From a virus: a stretch of DNA of 56,409 nt. The stretch is from the IMG/VR virus record IMGVR_UViG_3300031159_000001; one strand, given 5' to 3'. The notes under the pieces are model-generated. The model searched no databases. It was not told the DNA's origin and worked only from the letters and a program-made list of their open reading frames with translations. Made by a program: the position numbers and the translations under genes. This document shows positions 13,765-21,865 of the stretch, piece by piece; within the stretch, counting starts at the first letter, position 1; the number at the start of each line of letters is the position of its first letter.

Positions 13765-14829
13765 ATGATCAAGGAAATTTTGTCAAAACACTTCGTTTTT
13801 GTGGATGAGATGGCCGAAGCTCTGGAACTGGCCATCTTCGGAAAAAAGAACTGCATCATCTACGGACCTGGTGGCCACGGGAAGTCCGAGATGGTACAGA
13901 CGGTCATTCGCGAACTGGAGCTGGAAAACGAGACGTTCTTCCAGTTCTTCGGTGAAGGCATGGACGAATCCCGCCTGTTCGGCGGCCTGGACTTTCGGAA
14001 GTTGGAGGAGGAAAAGGTTCTGGAGTATCACCCGGAGCGTTCCTTCATGAACTACAGGATCGCCGTATTCGAAGAACTGTTCGACGCTCCGGCGCAGGTT
14101 CTTTTGGCGCTGAAGGATGTACTGACGGCGCGGGAGCTCCGGAACGGAGCCCAGCGCTTCAAGGTCAGGACGGAAACCATCATCGTCCTGACCAACAAGG
14201 AACCGTCGGAAATCAGCGAACTTGGTCCGTCGGCCCATGCGCTGATCGAACGTTTCCCGCTACAACTGCATCTGCGGTGGGAGCGTTACGGGGCCAAGGA
14301 ATACCTCGCCCTGTTCGAAAAAATCGAAGCCCGCGCCGGAACTCCGATGCTCAACGGATTCAAAAAGGTGCTGGCCGATATTCTCGCGAAGGCCACAGCC
14401 GACGGAAACTTTGTATCGCCACGGACGGCGGTACACGCATACGAGCTTTGCCAAATCTCCGCACGTATGCGCGAGGATTCGGAAGTCCGCAAGGAAGATA
14501 TGTTGCGGTTGAAGTTTCTCCCCGGTCTGGAGGAATTGACGAAGACCGTGGAAGAAGACATCGCCCGCGCCATCGAAAAGGCGCAGGCGGAAGAAAAAAT
14601 CAAACGTTTCGAATCGGCCTTCGCCGACATTCGAAACGAGTTCAATGCGGCTGATTCTCCGATTCGCTACCTGAAGGTAGCGAAAAAGCTCCGTCAGATG
14701 CAAGATGAACTGGCAGAGCTCCGGATCCCGGATGAACTGACTTCCCGGAGAAACGAATTCCGGGGAGAAATAACAAAGTGGATTTCCTACGCGCAGGAAA
14801 AGGCGCTGGAAACCACTTGGGTAAGGTGA
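13765..14829 (+). CDS. MoxR/CobS-like AAA+ ATPase
   Basis: Walker A GPGGHGKS and Walker B-like IAVFEELFDA. ATG 13765 has an AGGAGGG SD 7 nt upstream. Confidence 0.85.
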   Translation: MIKEILSKHFVFVDEMAEALELAIFGKKNCIIYGPGGHGKSEMVQTVIRELELENETFFQFFGEGMDESRLFGGLDFRKLEEEKVLEYHPERSFMNYRIAVFEELFDAPAQVLLALKDVLTARELRNGAQRFKVRTETIIVLTNKEPSEISELGPSAHALIERFPLQLHLRWERYGAKEYLALFEKIEARAGTPMLNGFKKVLADILAKATADGNFVSPRTAVHAYELCQISARMREDSEVRKEDMLRLKFLPGLEELTKTVEEDIARAIEKAQAEEKIKRFESAFADIRNEFNAADSPIRYLKVAKKLRQMQDELAELRIPDELTSRRNEFRGEITKWISYAQEKALETTWVR

Positions 14830-14835
14830 TCTGCC

Positions 14836-16146
14836 ATGACGTTCCGAACATCTCCGCCGGAATTCTACATTCCGCCCTCTCCCGAAGAAATGCGGGAGGC
14901 GGCGGACAAAGCTGGCGTCAGAACTTTTTCCCGTGATCTGGTTGCGGACTTCTGCAACCTGGTCGCGGGAGGGAGAATCAACCATCCGTCCTCGTACATG
15001 AATAATGTGCTTAAACGTGTGGAGGAAAGGCTGCAAGAACCCGATATGTATGGCCGGTGGAAATCTCCGCGTGGCTATGCCAAAAACCGCCACGACGCCT
15101 TGCGTGCTTGGGTGTCGTGGGAAATGCAGTATCACCAGAACGTCTGCGATTTCCTGCAGACGTTGGAGTTTGATAAATTCCCTGGATCTTCTCCGCTGGA
15201 GAAGGCCATGAACATCCTAAAACTCCTCTCGGCCAAATACGGCCGGGAAGGGAGGGGAGAAGAAAACGGAACTCCGATCCCGATTTTTTTGGAATCGGGA
15301 ACCGAAAAGTTTGCGAAAGAGCTGAACCACATCATGGAAGATGTGGACAGCCTTTCTGAGGCAGAGAAAGAGTTGTTGGACCCTGAAGGTTCCGACAACT
15401 ATCTCCGCAATATGAAGATCGCCGAGGACATGGCGAAGGGGAAGGAGGTGATACTGAAAATTTCCCGCCAGCTGGACTCTATGTCCAAAATGGCGGTCAA
15501 ACGGTCAGCGAAAGTCGAATCGTACCCGGAAGGCGACGAGGTCCGCTACCGCCAAATCCGGCACCTGGGCGAACTCGGGCGAATTCCGGCCGCCGAATGG
15601 GCGCTTCCGAATACCTACCGATTGTACCGTGCGATTTCCCGCATGACACCTGTCCGGGAACGGGCTCGCCGGACGGAGAAAAAGCAACTGCTTTACATCC
15701 TCATCGATTGCTCGGGGTCGATGGAGGATGGGCAAAGAATATTCAAGGCTTTCGGTGTGCTCATGAACCGCCTGAAAGCCGTATTGGCGGGGGATGCCGA
15801 GCTGTACGTCCGCCTCTTCGATGAGTCGCTGCGCACCGAGCACTTCGCGGCGACACCGGAAGAGGCAAAGAAACTCATGAACACCTTCTCCGAAAGAAAC
15901 TTCTCCGGTGGTGGTACTGACATTTCCGGCTGCGTGCTTAAGGCGCACAGCCGGATCGAGGAAATCATGCGGGAAGGGCGCCATCATCGGCCAGAGCTGG
16001 TGGTGGTCACCGATGGCGATGACAAAATCACCATCGGAGCGAAGGACATTTCCGGTACTCGACTCCATGCCTTTGTGGTCGAGAACCGGAACGAAAAACT
16101 TATCAACCTCGCCAAAAACACTGGCGGGGTGGGGATTTATCTATAA
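14836..16146 (+). CDS. von Willebrand factor A (VWA) domain protein
   Basis: C-terminal MIDAS elements LIDCSGSM, SGGGTD and VVVTDGDD. Starts 6 nt after the AAA+ stop. Confidence 0.85.
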   Translation: MTFRTSPPEFYIPPSPEEMREAADKAGVRTFSRDLVADFCNLVAGGRINHPSSYMNNVLKRVEERLQEPDMYGRWKSPRGYAKNRHDALRAWVSWEMQYHQNVCDFLQTLEFDKFPGSSPLEKAMNILKLLSAKYGREGRGEENGTPIPIFLESGTEKFAKELNHIMEDVDSLSEAEKELLDPEGSDNYLRNMKIAEDMAKGKEVILKISRQLDSMSKMAVKRSAKVESYPEGDEVRYRQIRHLGELGRIPAAEWALPNTYRLYRAISRMTPVRERARRTEKKQLLYILIDCSGSMEDGQRIFKAFGVLMNRLKAVLAGDAELYVRLFDESLRTEHFAATPEEAKKLMNTFSERNFSGGGTDISGCVLKAHSRIEEIMREGRHHRPELVVVTDGDDKITIGAKDISGTRLHAFVVENRNEKLINLAKNTGGVGIYL

Positions 16147-16159
16147 AGGAGGAATATAC

Positions 16160-16504
16160 ATGAGGATTGTTTGGTTTTCCAGACATACCCCTCTTCCGAA
16201 GCAAGTCGAAGAACTGAAGCGAATTTTCGGACCCGATACGGAAGTGATCCAGGACCCGAATCCATTCTCAACAGCAGATGACGTGGTCCAGCGCTTCCGT
16301 TCCATGGGCGGCGAAGAAATGGTCGTGGTTGCGCCGCTGTCGGTCATCGACCAGCTTCTGAAACGCGGAATCCGTCCTCTTTTCGCTGAAATGGACCTTG
16401 TAAAGGATGGAGGTGAATACGACGTAATTGCGAACGGCCGGATGTATCGCTTCGTCCGGTTCGTCCGCATAACATCAATTGAAATAAAAAAAGAGGTGGT
16501 CTAA
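16160..16504 (+). CDS. Hypothetical protein (114 aa)
   Basis: ATG 16160 lies after AAGGAGG. The ORF-track 5' extension overlaps the VWA gene. Confidence 0.65.
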   Translation: MRIVWFSRHTPLPKQVEELKRIFGPDTEVIQDPNPFSTADDVVQRFRSMGGEEMVVVAPLSVIDQLLKRGIRPLFAEMDLVKDGGEYDVIANGRMYRFVRFVRITSIEIKKEVV

Positions 16505-16505
16505 G

Positions 16506-16781
16506 ATGCGCATATGCAAAGCGTCGGATTGCACCAACCGCGTTCCGCCACGGCCTACGCCAGGGAAGCCGCGGGAATACTGTTCGGATCAATGTCGGGA
16601 TCGGGAAAAAGCGCGGCGGTACAGGAAACTCCGGGCGAAGAAAGGACTGTGCCCCCAGTGCGGCGGACCGATGGACTCGCCGGTATCACCGCACCGGAAC
16701 AAAGTCAGCCCGCAGTACTGTACCCGGTGTCAGGAGTATTTCCGGGAGCGCCACCAGAAAAAGAAAGAACCCGCCAGTTAA
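16506..16781 (+). CDS. Basic Cys-rich zinc-ribbon-like protein
   Basis: Contains C..C...C...C and CPQCG...CTRC pairs. Starts 1 nt after the previous stop. Confidence 0.6.
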   Translation: MRICKASDCTNRVPPRPTPGKPREYCSDQCRDREKARRYRKLRAKKGLCPQCGGPMDSPVSPHRNKVSPQYCTRCQEYFRERHQKKKEPAS

Positions 16782-16794
16782 GCGGGTTCTTTCT
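16766..16794 (+). terminator. Rho-independent terminator of the + accessory operon
   Basis: agaacccgc-cagttaa-gcgggttct followed by ttct. Confidence 0.75.
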
Positions 16795-16862
16795 GCTGAG
16801 AAAGTGTCAGTTTATTTCAAATCCTGGTAGGTACGATCACGAATACAATAACACAACCATCG

Positions 16863-16901
16863 GATAAATAAAAGCCCCGCCCAGCAAAGAGCTGAGCGGG
16901 G
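16863..16901 (-). terminator. Terminator after the endolysin (bidirectional)
   Basis: 11-bp stem ccccgcccagc/gctgagcgggg with T-rich tracts on both strands. Confidence 0.75.
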
Positions 16902-16906
16902 TTTCG

Positions 16907-17632
16907 TCATTTCTGCGCCTTCTGCGCCCTGTACAACATCACCCAGAGCTCGCCGCGCGTCACCGGGTCTTGGGACCGGCTGCCGTCCGTGATGCCCTGC
17001 TCGACCGCCCACTCCCGGGCGGCCGCAAACTCGGCGCGCCAGTCCTCCACGACCGGCGGCTGCGCGGGCTGCTTCGGCCGCAGACCATACGTCTCGACGA
17101 TCCCGGCGACAATCGCATCCGCACATTTGCGGCGGTAGGCGTCCGACTTGAGCAGCTCGCATTCATCCCGGTTCGTCATGAACCCGCATTCGACGAGGAT
17201 CGCCGTCATTTTCGTCTCGCGCAGGACGTGGAAATTCGCAGACTTCACACCGCGATCCGGACGTCCCGTGGCCCGAATCAGTTGCCGATGGACGGCGTTG
17301 GCAAGCGCAACAGCCGCTGGCGGGCGCGTCTCGTACACATACGTCTCAATGCCTTGCGCTGCGTTCCACCCACCGTCTCCATAGGCGTTGGCGTGGATGC
17401 TCACGAACAGGTCAGCCTTCCAGGTGTTCGCCTTGTCCGTGCGCTCCTTGAGCGGCACGTCCCGATCATCTGCGTGCGTCAGCAGGATATCGACGCCCAC
17501 ATATCCATGCAGGAGCGCGTCGGCGACGTACCGGGCGACCGCGCTATTGAATTGGTATTCCCGAAGCGATCCGTCCGGAGAGCGCTTCCCCGGCGTCTCC
17601 GGACCGTGTCCGGCGTCAATGACGATCTTCAT
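16907..17632 (-). CDS. N-acetylmuramoyl-L-alanine amidase endolysin
   Basis: MKIVIDAGHG...VSIHANA...GIETYVY matches the amidase_3 catalytic pattern. Includes a C-terminal extra domain. Confidence 0.9.
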   Translation of the reverse strand: MKIVIDAGHGPETPGKRSPDGSLREYQFNSAVARYVADALLHGYVGVDILLTHADDRDVPLKERTDKANTWKADLFVSIHANAYGDGGWNAAQGIETYVYETRPPAAVALANAVHRQLIRATGRPDRGVKSANFHVLRETKMTAILVECGFMTNRDECELLKSDAYRRKCADAIVAGIVETYGLRPKQPAQPPVVEDWRAEFAAAREWAVEQGITDGSRSQDPVTRGELWVMLYRAQKAQK

Positions 17633-17838
17633 TCGCCATCACCGCTGCCCTTCTCGACCTCCGGCAATCCGGCCAGACTGGTGAGGTACGACAGCAGTGT
17701 CGCCAGCGCGACCGTGCCGCCGACCAGTCGCCAATCCACTTCATAGATCACGGCAGTGGTGCCAATCGTGGCGATGGCTGTCTGTGCGGCCGTCTTGAGT
17801 GCGCGGATCGTAGCCGCCCTCAACCACTTTTTCAGCAT
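17629..17838 (-). CDS. Holin
   Basis: Two hydrophobic helices, KTAAQTAIATIG and VALATLLSYLTSLAGLPE. ATGA overlap with the endolysin. ATG 17838 has a GGGGAG SD. Confidence 0.7.
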   Translation of the reverse strand: MLKKWLRAATIRALKTAAQTAIATIGTTAVIYEVDWRLVGGTVALATLLSYLTSLAGLPEVEKGSGDGE

Positions 17839-17842
17839 TTGA

Positions 17843-18136
17843 TCATCTCCCCTCATTTTCAAGGCGGTCAATCCGCCGATGTGCCTGCTTCGCGCTCTCC
17901 TCCACGCGCGTCAAGCGCTCGGCCAGCAGATCATACCGCTGGCTCTGACTGCGCATCTCTACGCGCATCTCATCTACTGCCTGCCGGATATAATTCACCG
18001 ACGCCCTCAACTCGCCGTCCTCCGCGCCGTCCTGCCGGACCGCCCGGCTCCGGCCGAGCCAACCGAGCACAATCCCTGAAATGGCTGCGGCGGCCGATAT
18101 GACCGCCGTGATCGTGAGAGGTTCCATAAACCCCAC
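17843..18136 (-). CDS. Membrane-anchored coiled-coil lysis-associated protein (XhlA-like)
   Basis: N-terminal TM ITAVISAAAAISGIVLGWL, then RLTRVEESAKQAHRRIDRLE. Sits directly upstream of the holin. Confidence 0.5.
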   Translation of the reverse strand: MGFMEPLTITAVISAAAAISGIVLGWLGRSRAVRQDGAEDGELRASVNYIRQAVDEMRVEMRSQSQRYDLLAERLTRVEESAKQAHRRIDRLENEGR

Positions 18137-18141
18137 CCCTG

Positions 18142-18249
18142 TGATAGAATGATAGTGTTTGCCGTGTCCCTGTGCGCGGCAAACCGGGAGGGATACGATT
18201 GGTAGGTCGGACCCTCCCGCCTACCACACGCAGGGATTTTTCTTTTTTC
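18142..18249 (+). ncRNA. Candidate small RNA antisense to the lysis-cassette leader
   Basis: TGaTAGAAT extended -10 (18142-18150), hairpins 18157-18184 and 18186-18218, a closing stem 18167-18174/18229-18236, then TTTTTCTTTTTT. Confidence 0.3.
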
Positions 18250-18255
18250 GACGTA

Positions 18256-18486
18256 TTACGCCGGATCGGCCCGTTCCTTCTGCGCTTCCTGCTGCTTTGC
18301 CTTCCCCTGCTCGTCCTTGCGCTCGTAGAACGCCAGCGCCTCATCGATGCTCTTCCGCACGCCGCGGAGGATGTCCATCTCGCTCCCCGGATACATCCGG
18401 ATAACGCCAGAGATGACGTTGTTCAGTTCAGCAACGGGCTGCGAGGGATCGATTTCAAATTGTACGATGTTTCGCATTACGGCCAT
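18256..18486 (-). CDS. Hypothetical protein
   Basis: ATG 18486 lies 8 nt after AAAGGA. No recognisable domain. Confidence 0.55.
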   Translation of the reverse strand: MAVMRNIVQFEIDPSQPVAELNNVISGVIRMYPGSEMDILRGVRKSIDEALAFYERKDEQGKAKQQEAQKERADPA

Positions 18487-18502
18487 GAGGATCATCCTTT
18501 CT

Positions 18503-18535
18503 GGAAAAAGTTAAACCCTCCGTGTTGGAGGGTTT
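18503..18535 (-). terminator. Terminator after the secreted-protein moron
   Basis: The minus strand reads AAACCCTCC-aacac-GGAGGGTTT followed by aaCTTTTTCC. Confidence 0.65.
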
Positions 18536-18563
18536 AGTAAACGCACCGCAAGGAAGTCATGTC

Positions 18564-19211
18564 TTATTCCGCGGTTTCGTTCGAGCTGTTTTCAAGTTTT
18601 GCTTTCTTCTGTTGTAATTCCTCAAGTTCCGCCTCAAGCTTCGCCAATTGAGAACGCAAACTTTCGAGCTTTTCAAGGTCCTTCTGGTATTGCTCAGTTT
18701 CTTTGTAGGGGATAAATCCCCCATCAATTGATGCAGATCCAGGCTCAAGCTCCATCTTTTTTTGATGCTGTTCAATCTCATTGTTCAGGTAGTTTATTCT
18801 GCCTTGAACAAATTCTATACGGCTGTTTATCTCAAAAAGCGATTGCGTTCTCTCCTGTTCCTTAATCTTCTCGTTAATCGCACGTGTCTGCTTGTCGAAT
18901 TCTTCTTGTTCCGTCCTCGCTTTTTCAGCCAACTCCTCGGGCGTAAGTTGGGATTCAGGAAGTTTGTTCATTTGTATCTCCCCGTCTATCCAGGATACTT
19001 TAGCACCAAAAAGCTCGCCTGCGGCTCGAAGTGGGATGTACGATACACCATCGATTGTTATAGCCGGAACCTCGGACAGTTCACCGTTCACACGGATCGG
19101 GAACTGCCCGTCAATCCTTTTTCCAATGAGTGAAGCTACATCCGCATGGACTACACTGGTACCGATCGCCACCAAAATTCCGGCGATAAACGACACAACA
19201 ATCCTTTTCAC
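18564..19211 (-). CDS. Secreted protein with a copper-amine-oxidase-N-like (stalk) domain plus a coiled coil
   Basis: Signal peptide (M)KRIVVSFIAGILVAIGTSVVHA. PAITIDGVSYIPLRAAGELFGAKVSW motif. K/E-rich coiled coil. AT-rich. GTG 19211 lies after GGAGG. Confidence 0.7.
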   Translation of the reverse strand: MKRIVVSFIAGILVAIGTSVVHADVASLIGKRIDGQFPIRVNGELSEVPAITIDGVSYIPLRAAGELFGAKVSWIDGEIQMNKLPESQLTPEELAEKARTEQEEFDKQTRAINEKIKEQERTQSLFEINSRIEFVQGRINYLNNEIEQHQKKMELEPGSASIDGGFIPYKETEQYQKDLEKLESLRSQLAKLEAELEELQQKKAKLENSSNETAE

Positions 19212-19241
19212 GGTATTCGCCTCCGCATAGATTTTAGGCAC

Positions 19242-19250
19242 ATTATACCA
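19242..19250 (-). promoter_or_regulatory. Extended -10 promoter TGgTATAAT for the moron
   Basis: Read on the minus strand, about 30 nt upstream of GTG 19211. A second TATAAT lies 10 nt further upstream. Confidence 0.5.
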
Positions 19251-19277
19251 AATTATACGAAGGCATAAAGATTTGTA

Positions 19278-21401
19278 CTAGGTTTGCACATGGCCATGTG
19301 CAGGAATGCCCGCCCACGTGACAACTCCGGTCGTGGTCTGAATGTTGGTCCCGATAGGTATTCCGCCGTTGAACGGACCGGCCAAACCGGACAGCGCGCC
19401 TTTCGATGCTTTGCTGTCGAGTGCAGTCCAGAGATTCATGATGTTATTCTCGATGTTTTGGAGTCGGTTGCTCAACCCTGTAATATCGTCTACAGACATT
19501 CTCAACCCATACACAGGGACGTTAGAGAAGTTAATGTAGGTGGTTGACGCATCGATTACAATCGGGGTGCCCTTAAAAACCATGATTGAATTGTTGAACG
19601 TCCCGAAGTTAAATTGGCCGGTCGTTCCAGATATAACCCCTGTACGTATGCTGTCCTCACCGAAAAATTGAAGTTGGTGATAGTTGTATCCCGGAAAATC
19701 TTCAATGGAAATACGGACAACATTATTGGAGTCGTAAGAACGGAACGCATCGGACAAGACAATGCGTCTGCCTAAAGCCGACGTCTGAATTATCGCGCCT
19801 TGGATCAATGCACCAGTGATTGTGCCACCCGAGATCGTCACACCCTGTATGGTTCCTGCCGTCACCGTCCCGAGATTGGCGGTAATGGCTGAAAGCGTAG
19901 CGGCATTGATCTGATTCGCCTGGATCGTCCCGGTGTAAATCCCCGACGGCGTCAAAAGCGTCGTTTTCCCGTTCCATGTGGCCGCACTGTCGATCAGGTT
20001 GTCCCCGATCTTCTCCCCAGCTTCACCCACAATGATCTGGGTGGCTCGAACTGTCCCGGTATATATGCCATTTGGCAGCAGCAACGTCGTCTTTCCGTTC
20101 CAGTTGGCCGCACTCGCAATCTGAGAATCCGGGAGCTTTCCGACGATCTCAATATAGCCACTGTCAACACGGAGGCCATATCTCCCGGGCCCGATCTGAC
20201 CGATCCGCACGCGCTCAACGTTTTGCGGGTCCGTAACCTTCATGCCCATGCCGTCAACGAGTGTCAGGCTGTCGTCGTATTTGACTCCCTTGAGCACCGC
20301 GTTCTTCGTGGTGTACGTGATCGCTTTTTTGCTGCCGACCGTCGCCTGGAAGATATAGTCGCTCGTCTTGTACTCGCGAAAGTTCGCCAGCGTCACGGAT
20401 CCGCGCTTCGGTTCGAAGGGATAGCGGATGTATCGGTGCACGCGCGCATCGAACGCGTACCCGAGTGCTTCATCGAAAACCGCAACCGTGTCGCCAACGC
20501 CAATCCGCTCGCCTGCGAAAGCGTCCGGATCGACTTTGAACAACTCAACCATGTCGATCTCATAGCTGACTTTCGGCGTCTCGTGCTTCTTGAGGTACTG
20601 CTGCATGGCTACGAGCAGCGCACCTTGATCCTCAATCTCCGGCCATTCCATCTTCCCCATGTAGGGATTGTTCGGGTCGAAATATTCGGAGTCGATGTAT
20701 TTGTCTGTTCGGCCCTGGTATCCTTCGATGGTCAGGCCGTTCTTGCCGTACCCGTACAGCCGCGTGATGCGTTCCATGCTGTGGCTGGTGCGCTTGATGC
20801 CGTTCAGGTTCTTTCGGTATCGGATGCTGACGTTTCGGTTCTCGCCTTTGCGTGTCGTGAAAGTGATGTCGTAGTTGTCGAACGAGAGCTCGGCGCCGTA
20901 AAGCTCCCGGGCCTCCTGCAGCAAGTCGATCCTCGACTTTTCGCCCCACTCGAAAACGTCCTGCGACGTGAACGAGCCTTCGAGGAAGAAGTTGAACGGC
21001 GTGCCGCTGCCGAGTTTCCCGAGCAGCGTTTCCGGCGGGACGGCCGCTTGGAAGTCGATGTACTCGTCGAGGTAGTATTGACTGAGGGTCAGCGCAACGT
21101 GGTGCGCCTCCACCAGCTTGTACACGCGCCGCTTGTCCCGTACTTCTTCGACGCGCAGGATACGGAAGTGCTGGCCGTTTTCGACGTCCGCCGGAAACCG
21201 CACCTCGTTCATGCCGCCGTCCGTCAGCGCGTTGTAGCGCTCTTCGTCTCCCGGCTCTTTCGGGTACAGGAACTGAACGAAGTACTCACCGTTCAGCGTT
21301 TCGCTGACCTGAACGTCGAACGCTTTGCGAAGGACGCCGACCATGCCGGCCGGCGTCCAAAGCTCGAGGCGGGATTCGAATTTACTCGACAAAATAATCA
21401 C
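19278..21401 (-). CDS. Tail tip protein (Tal-like, minor structural protein N-terminal region) with a C-terminal fibre-like repeat region
   Basis: The N-terminus ETLNGEYFVQFLYP...QHFRILRVEE...VEAHHVALTL resembles the prophage-tail endopeptidase/Tal family. 707 aa. Confidence 0.75.
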   Translation of the reverse strand: MIILSSKFESRLELWTPAGMVGVLRKAFDVQVSETLNGEYFVQFLYPKEPGDEERYNALTDGGMNEVRFPADVENGQHFRILRVEEVRDKRRVYKLVEAHHVALTLSQYYLDEYIDFQAAVPPETLLGKLGSGTPFNFFLEGSFTSQDVFEWGEKSRIDLLQEARELYGAELSFDNYDITFTTRKGENRNVSIRYRKNLNGIKRTSHSMERITRLYGYGKNGLTIEGYQGRTDKYIDSEYFDPNNPYMGKMEWPEIEDQGALLVAMQQYLKKHETPKVSYEIDMVELFKVDPDAFAGERIGVGDTVAVFDEALGYAFDARVHRYIRYPFEPKRGSVTLANFREYKTSDYIFQATVGSKKAITYTTKNAVLKGVKYDDSLTLVDGMGMKVTDPQNVERVRIGQIGPGRYGLRVDSGYIEIVGKLPDSQIASAANWNGKTTLLLPNGIYTGTVRATQIIVGEAGEKIGDNLIDSAATWNGKTTLLTPSGIYTGTIQANQINAATLSAITANLGTVTAGTIQGVTISGGTITGALIQGAIIQTSALGRRIVLSDAFRSYDSNNVVRISIEDFPGYNYHQLQFFGEDSIRTGVISGTTGQFNFGTFNNSIMVFKGTPIVIDASTTYINFSNVPVYGLRMSVDDITGLSNRLQNIENNIMNLWTALDSKASKGALSGLAGPFNGGIPIGTNIQTTTGVVTWAGIPAHGHVQT

Positions 21402-21529
21402 CCCGCGATTTGCGGAGTCTGCAGGATCTCATCCGCCTGCTCCTGCGTGATCCAGCGCGGAACCTGAGCCTGAACCCATGCTGCATCAACCTTGCGCATG
21501 ATCCACTGGCCGAGAATGAACTTAAACAT
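21398..21529 (-). CDS. xkdX: XkdX-family small protein (43 aa, below the ORF-track cut-off)
   Basis: MFKFILGQWIMRKVDAAWVQAQVPRWITQEQADEILQTPQIAG. Start and stop overlap both neighbours. The WIT.EQ..EI motif is typical of XkdX. Confidence 0.6.
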   Translation of the reverse strand: MFKFILGQWIMRKVDAAWVQAQVPRWITQEQADEILQTPQIAG

Positions 21530-21854
21530 CGTTCATCGCCTCCATCAGAGCGCGCAGGGCTTCTTCAGATGCTTCCAGCCGCTCTTCAAGTGTCGGCGGA
21601 TCCGGCGGCCGCTGCGCCCATTCGTCGTCAAGTTCCTGTTGCGTCCGCTCGACGCGCTGACCGTCGATCCACCGGAAACGATACTGCCCGCGCTCGTTCG
21701 TGAGCGGCTCGGGCCACGCCAGATGAAAATGACGCGGCCCGTTTTCGAGCACGAGAATATCGCCCGGGTCCGGCGTCTCAAACGCATCAGAAAAGCCGTG
21801 GACGATCTCCCCGGCTTCGTTCGTGCGGATGTAGTGGTTATAGCCTGTACGCAT
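21522..21854 (-). CDS. Hypothetical tail-fibre-associated protein (XkdW position)
   Basis: Called from its position between the fibre gene and xkdX. No diagnostic motif. Confidence 0.5.
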   Translation of the reverse strand: MRTGYNHYIRTNEAGEIVHGFSDAFETPDPGDILVLENGPRHFHLAWPEPLTNERGQYRFRWIDGQRVERTQQELDDEWAQRPPDPPTLEERLEASEEALRALMEAMNDV

Positions 21855-21865
21855 GGCGTGCCTCC

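Noticed and set aside
16970-17746. 258-aa + strand ORF
   Set aside because: Antisense shadow of the amidase and holin genes.
20223-21467. 414-aa + strand ORF
   Set aside because: Fully antisense to the well-supported Tal-like gene. The R/V/L-rich low-complexity translation is typical of the shadow frame of a GC-rich gene. No SD.
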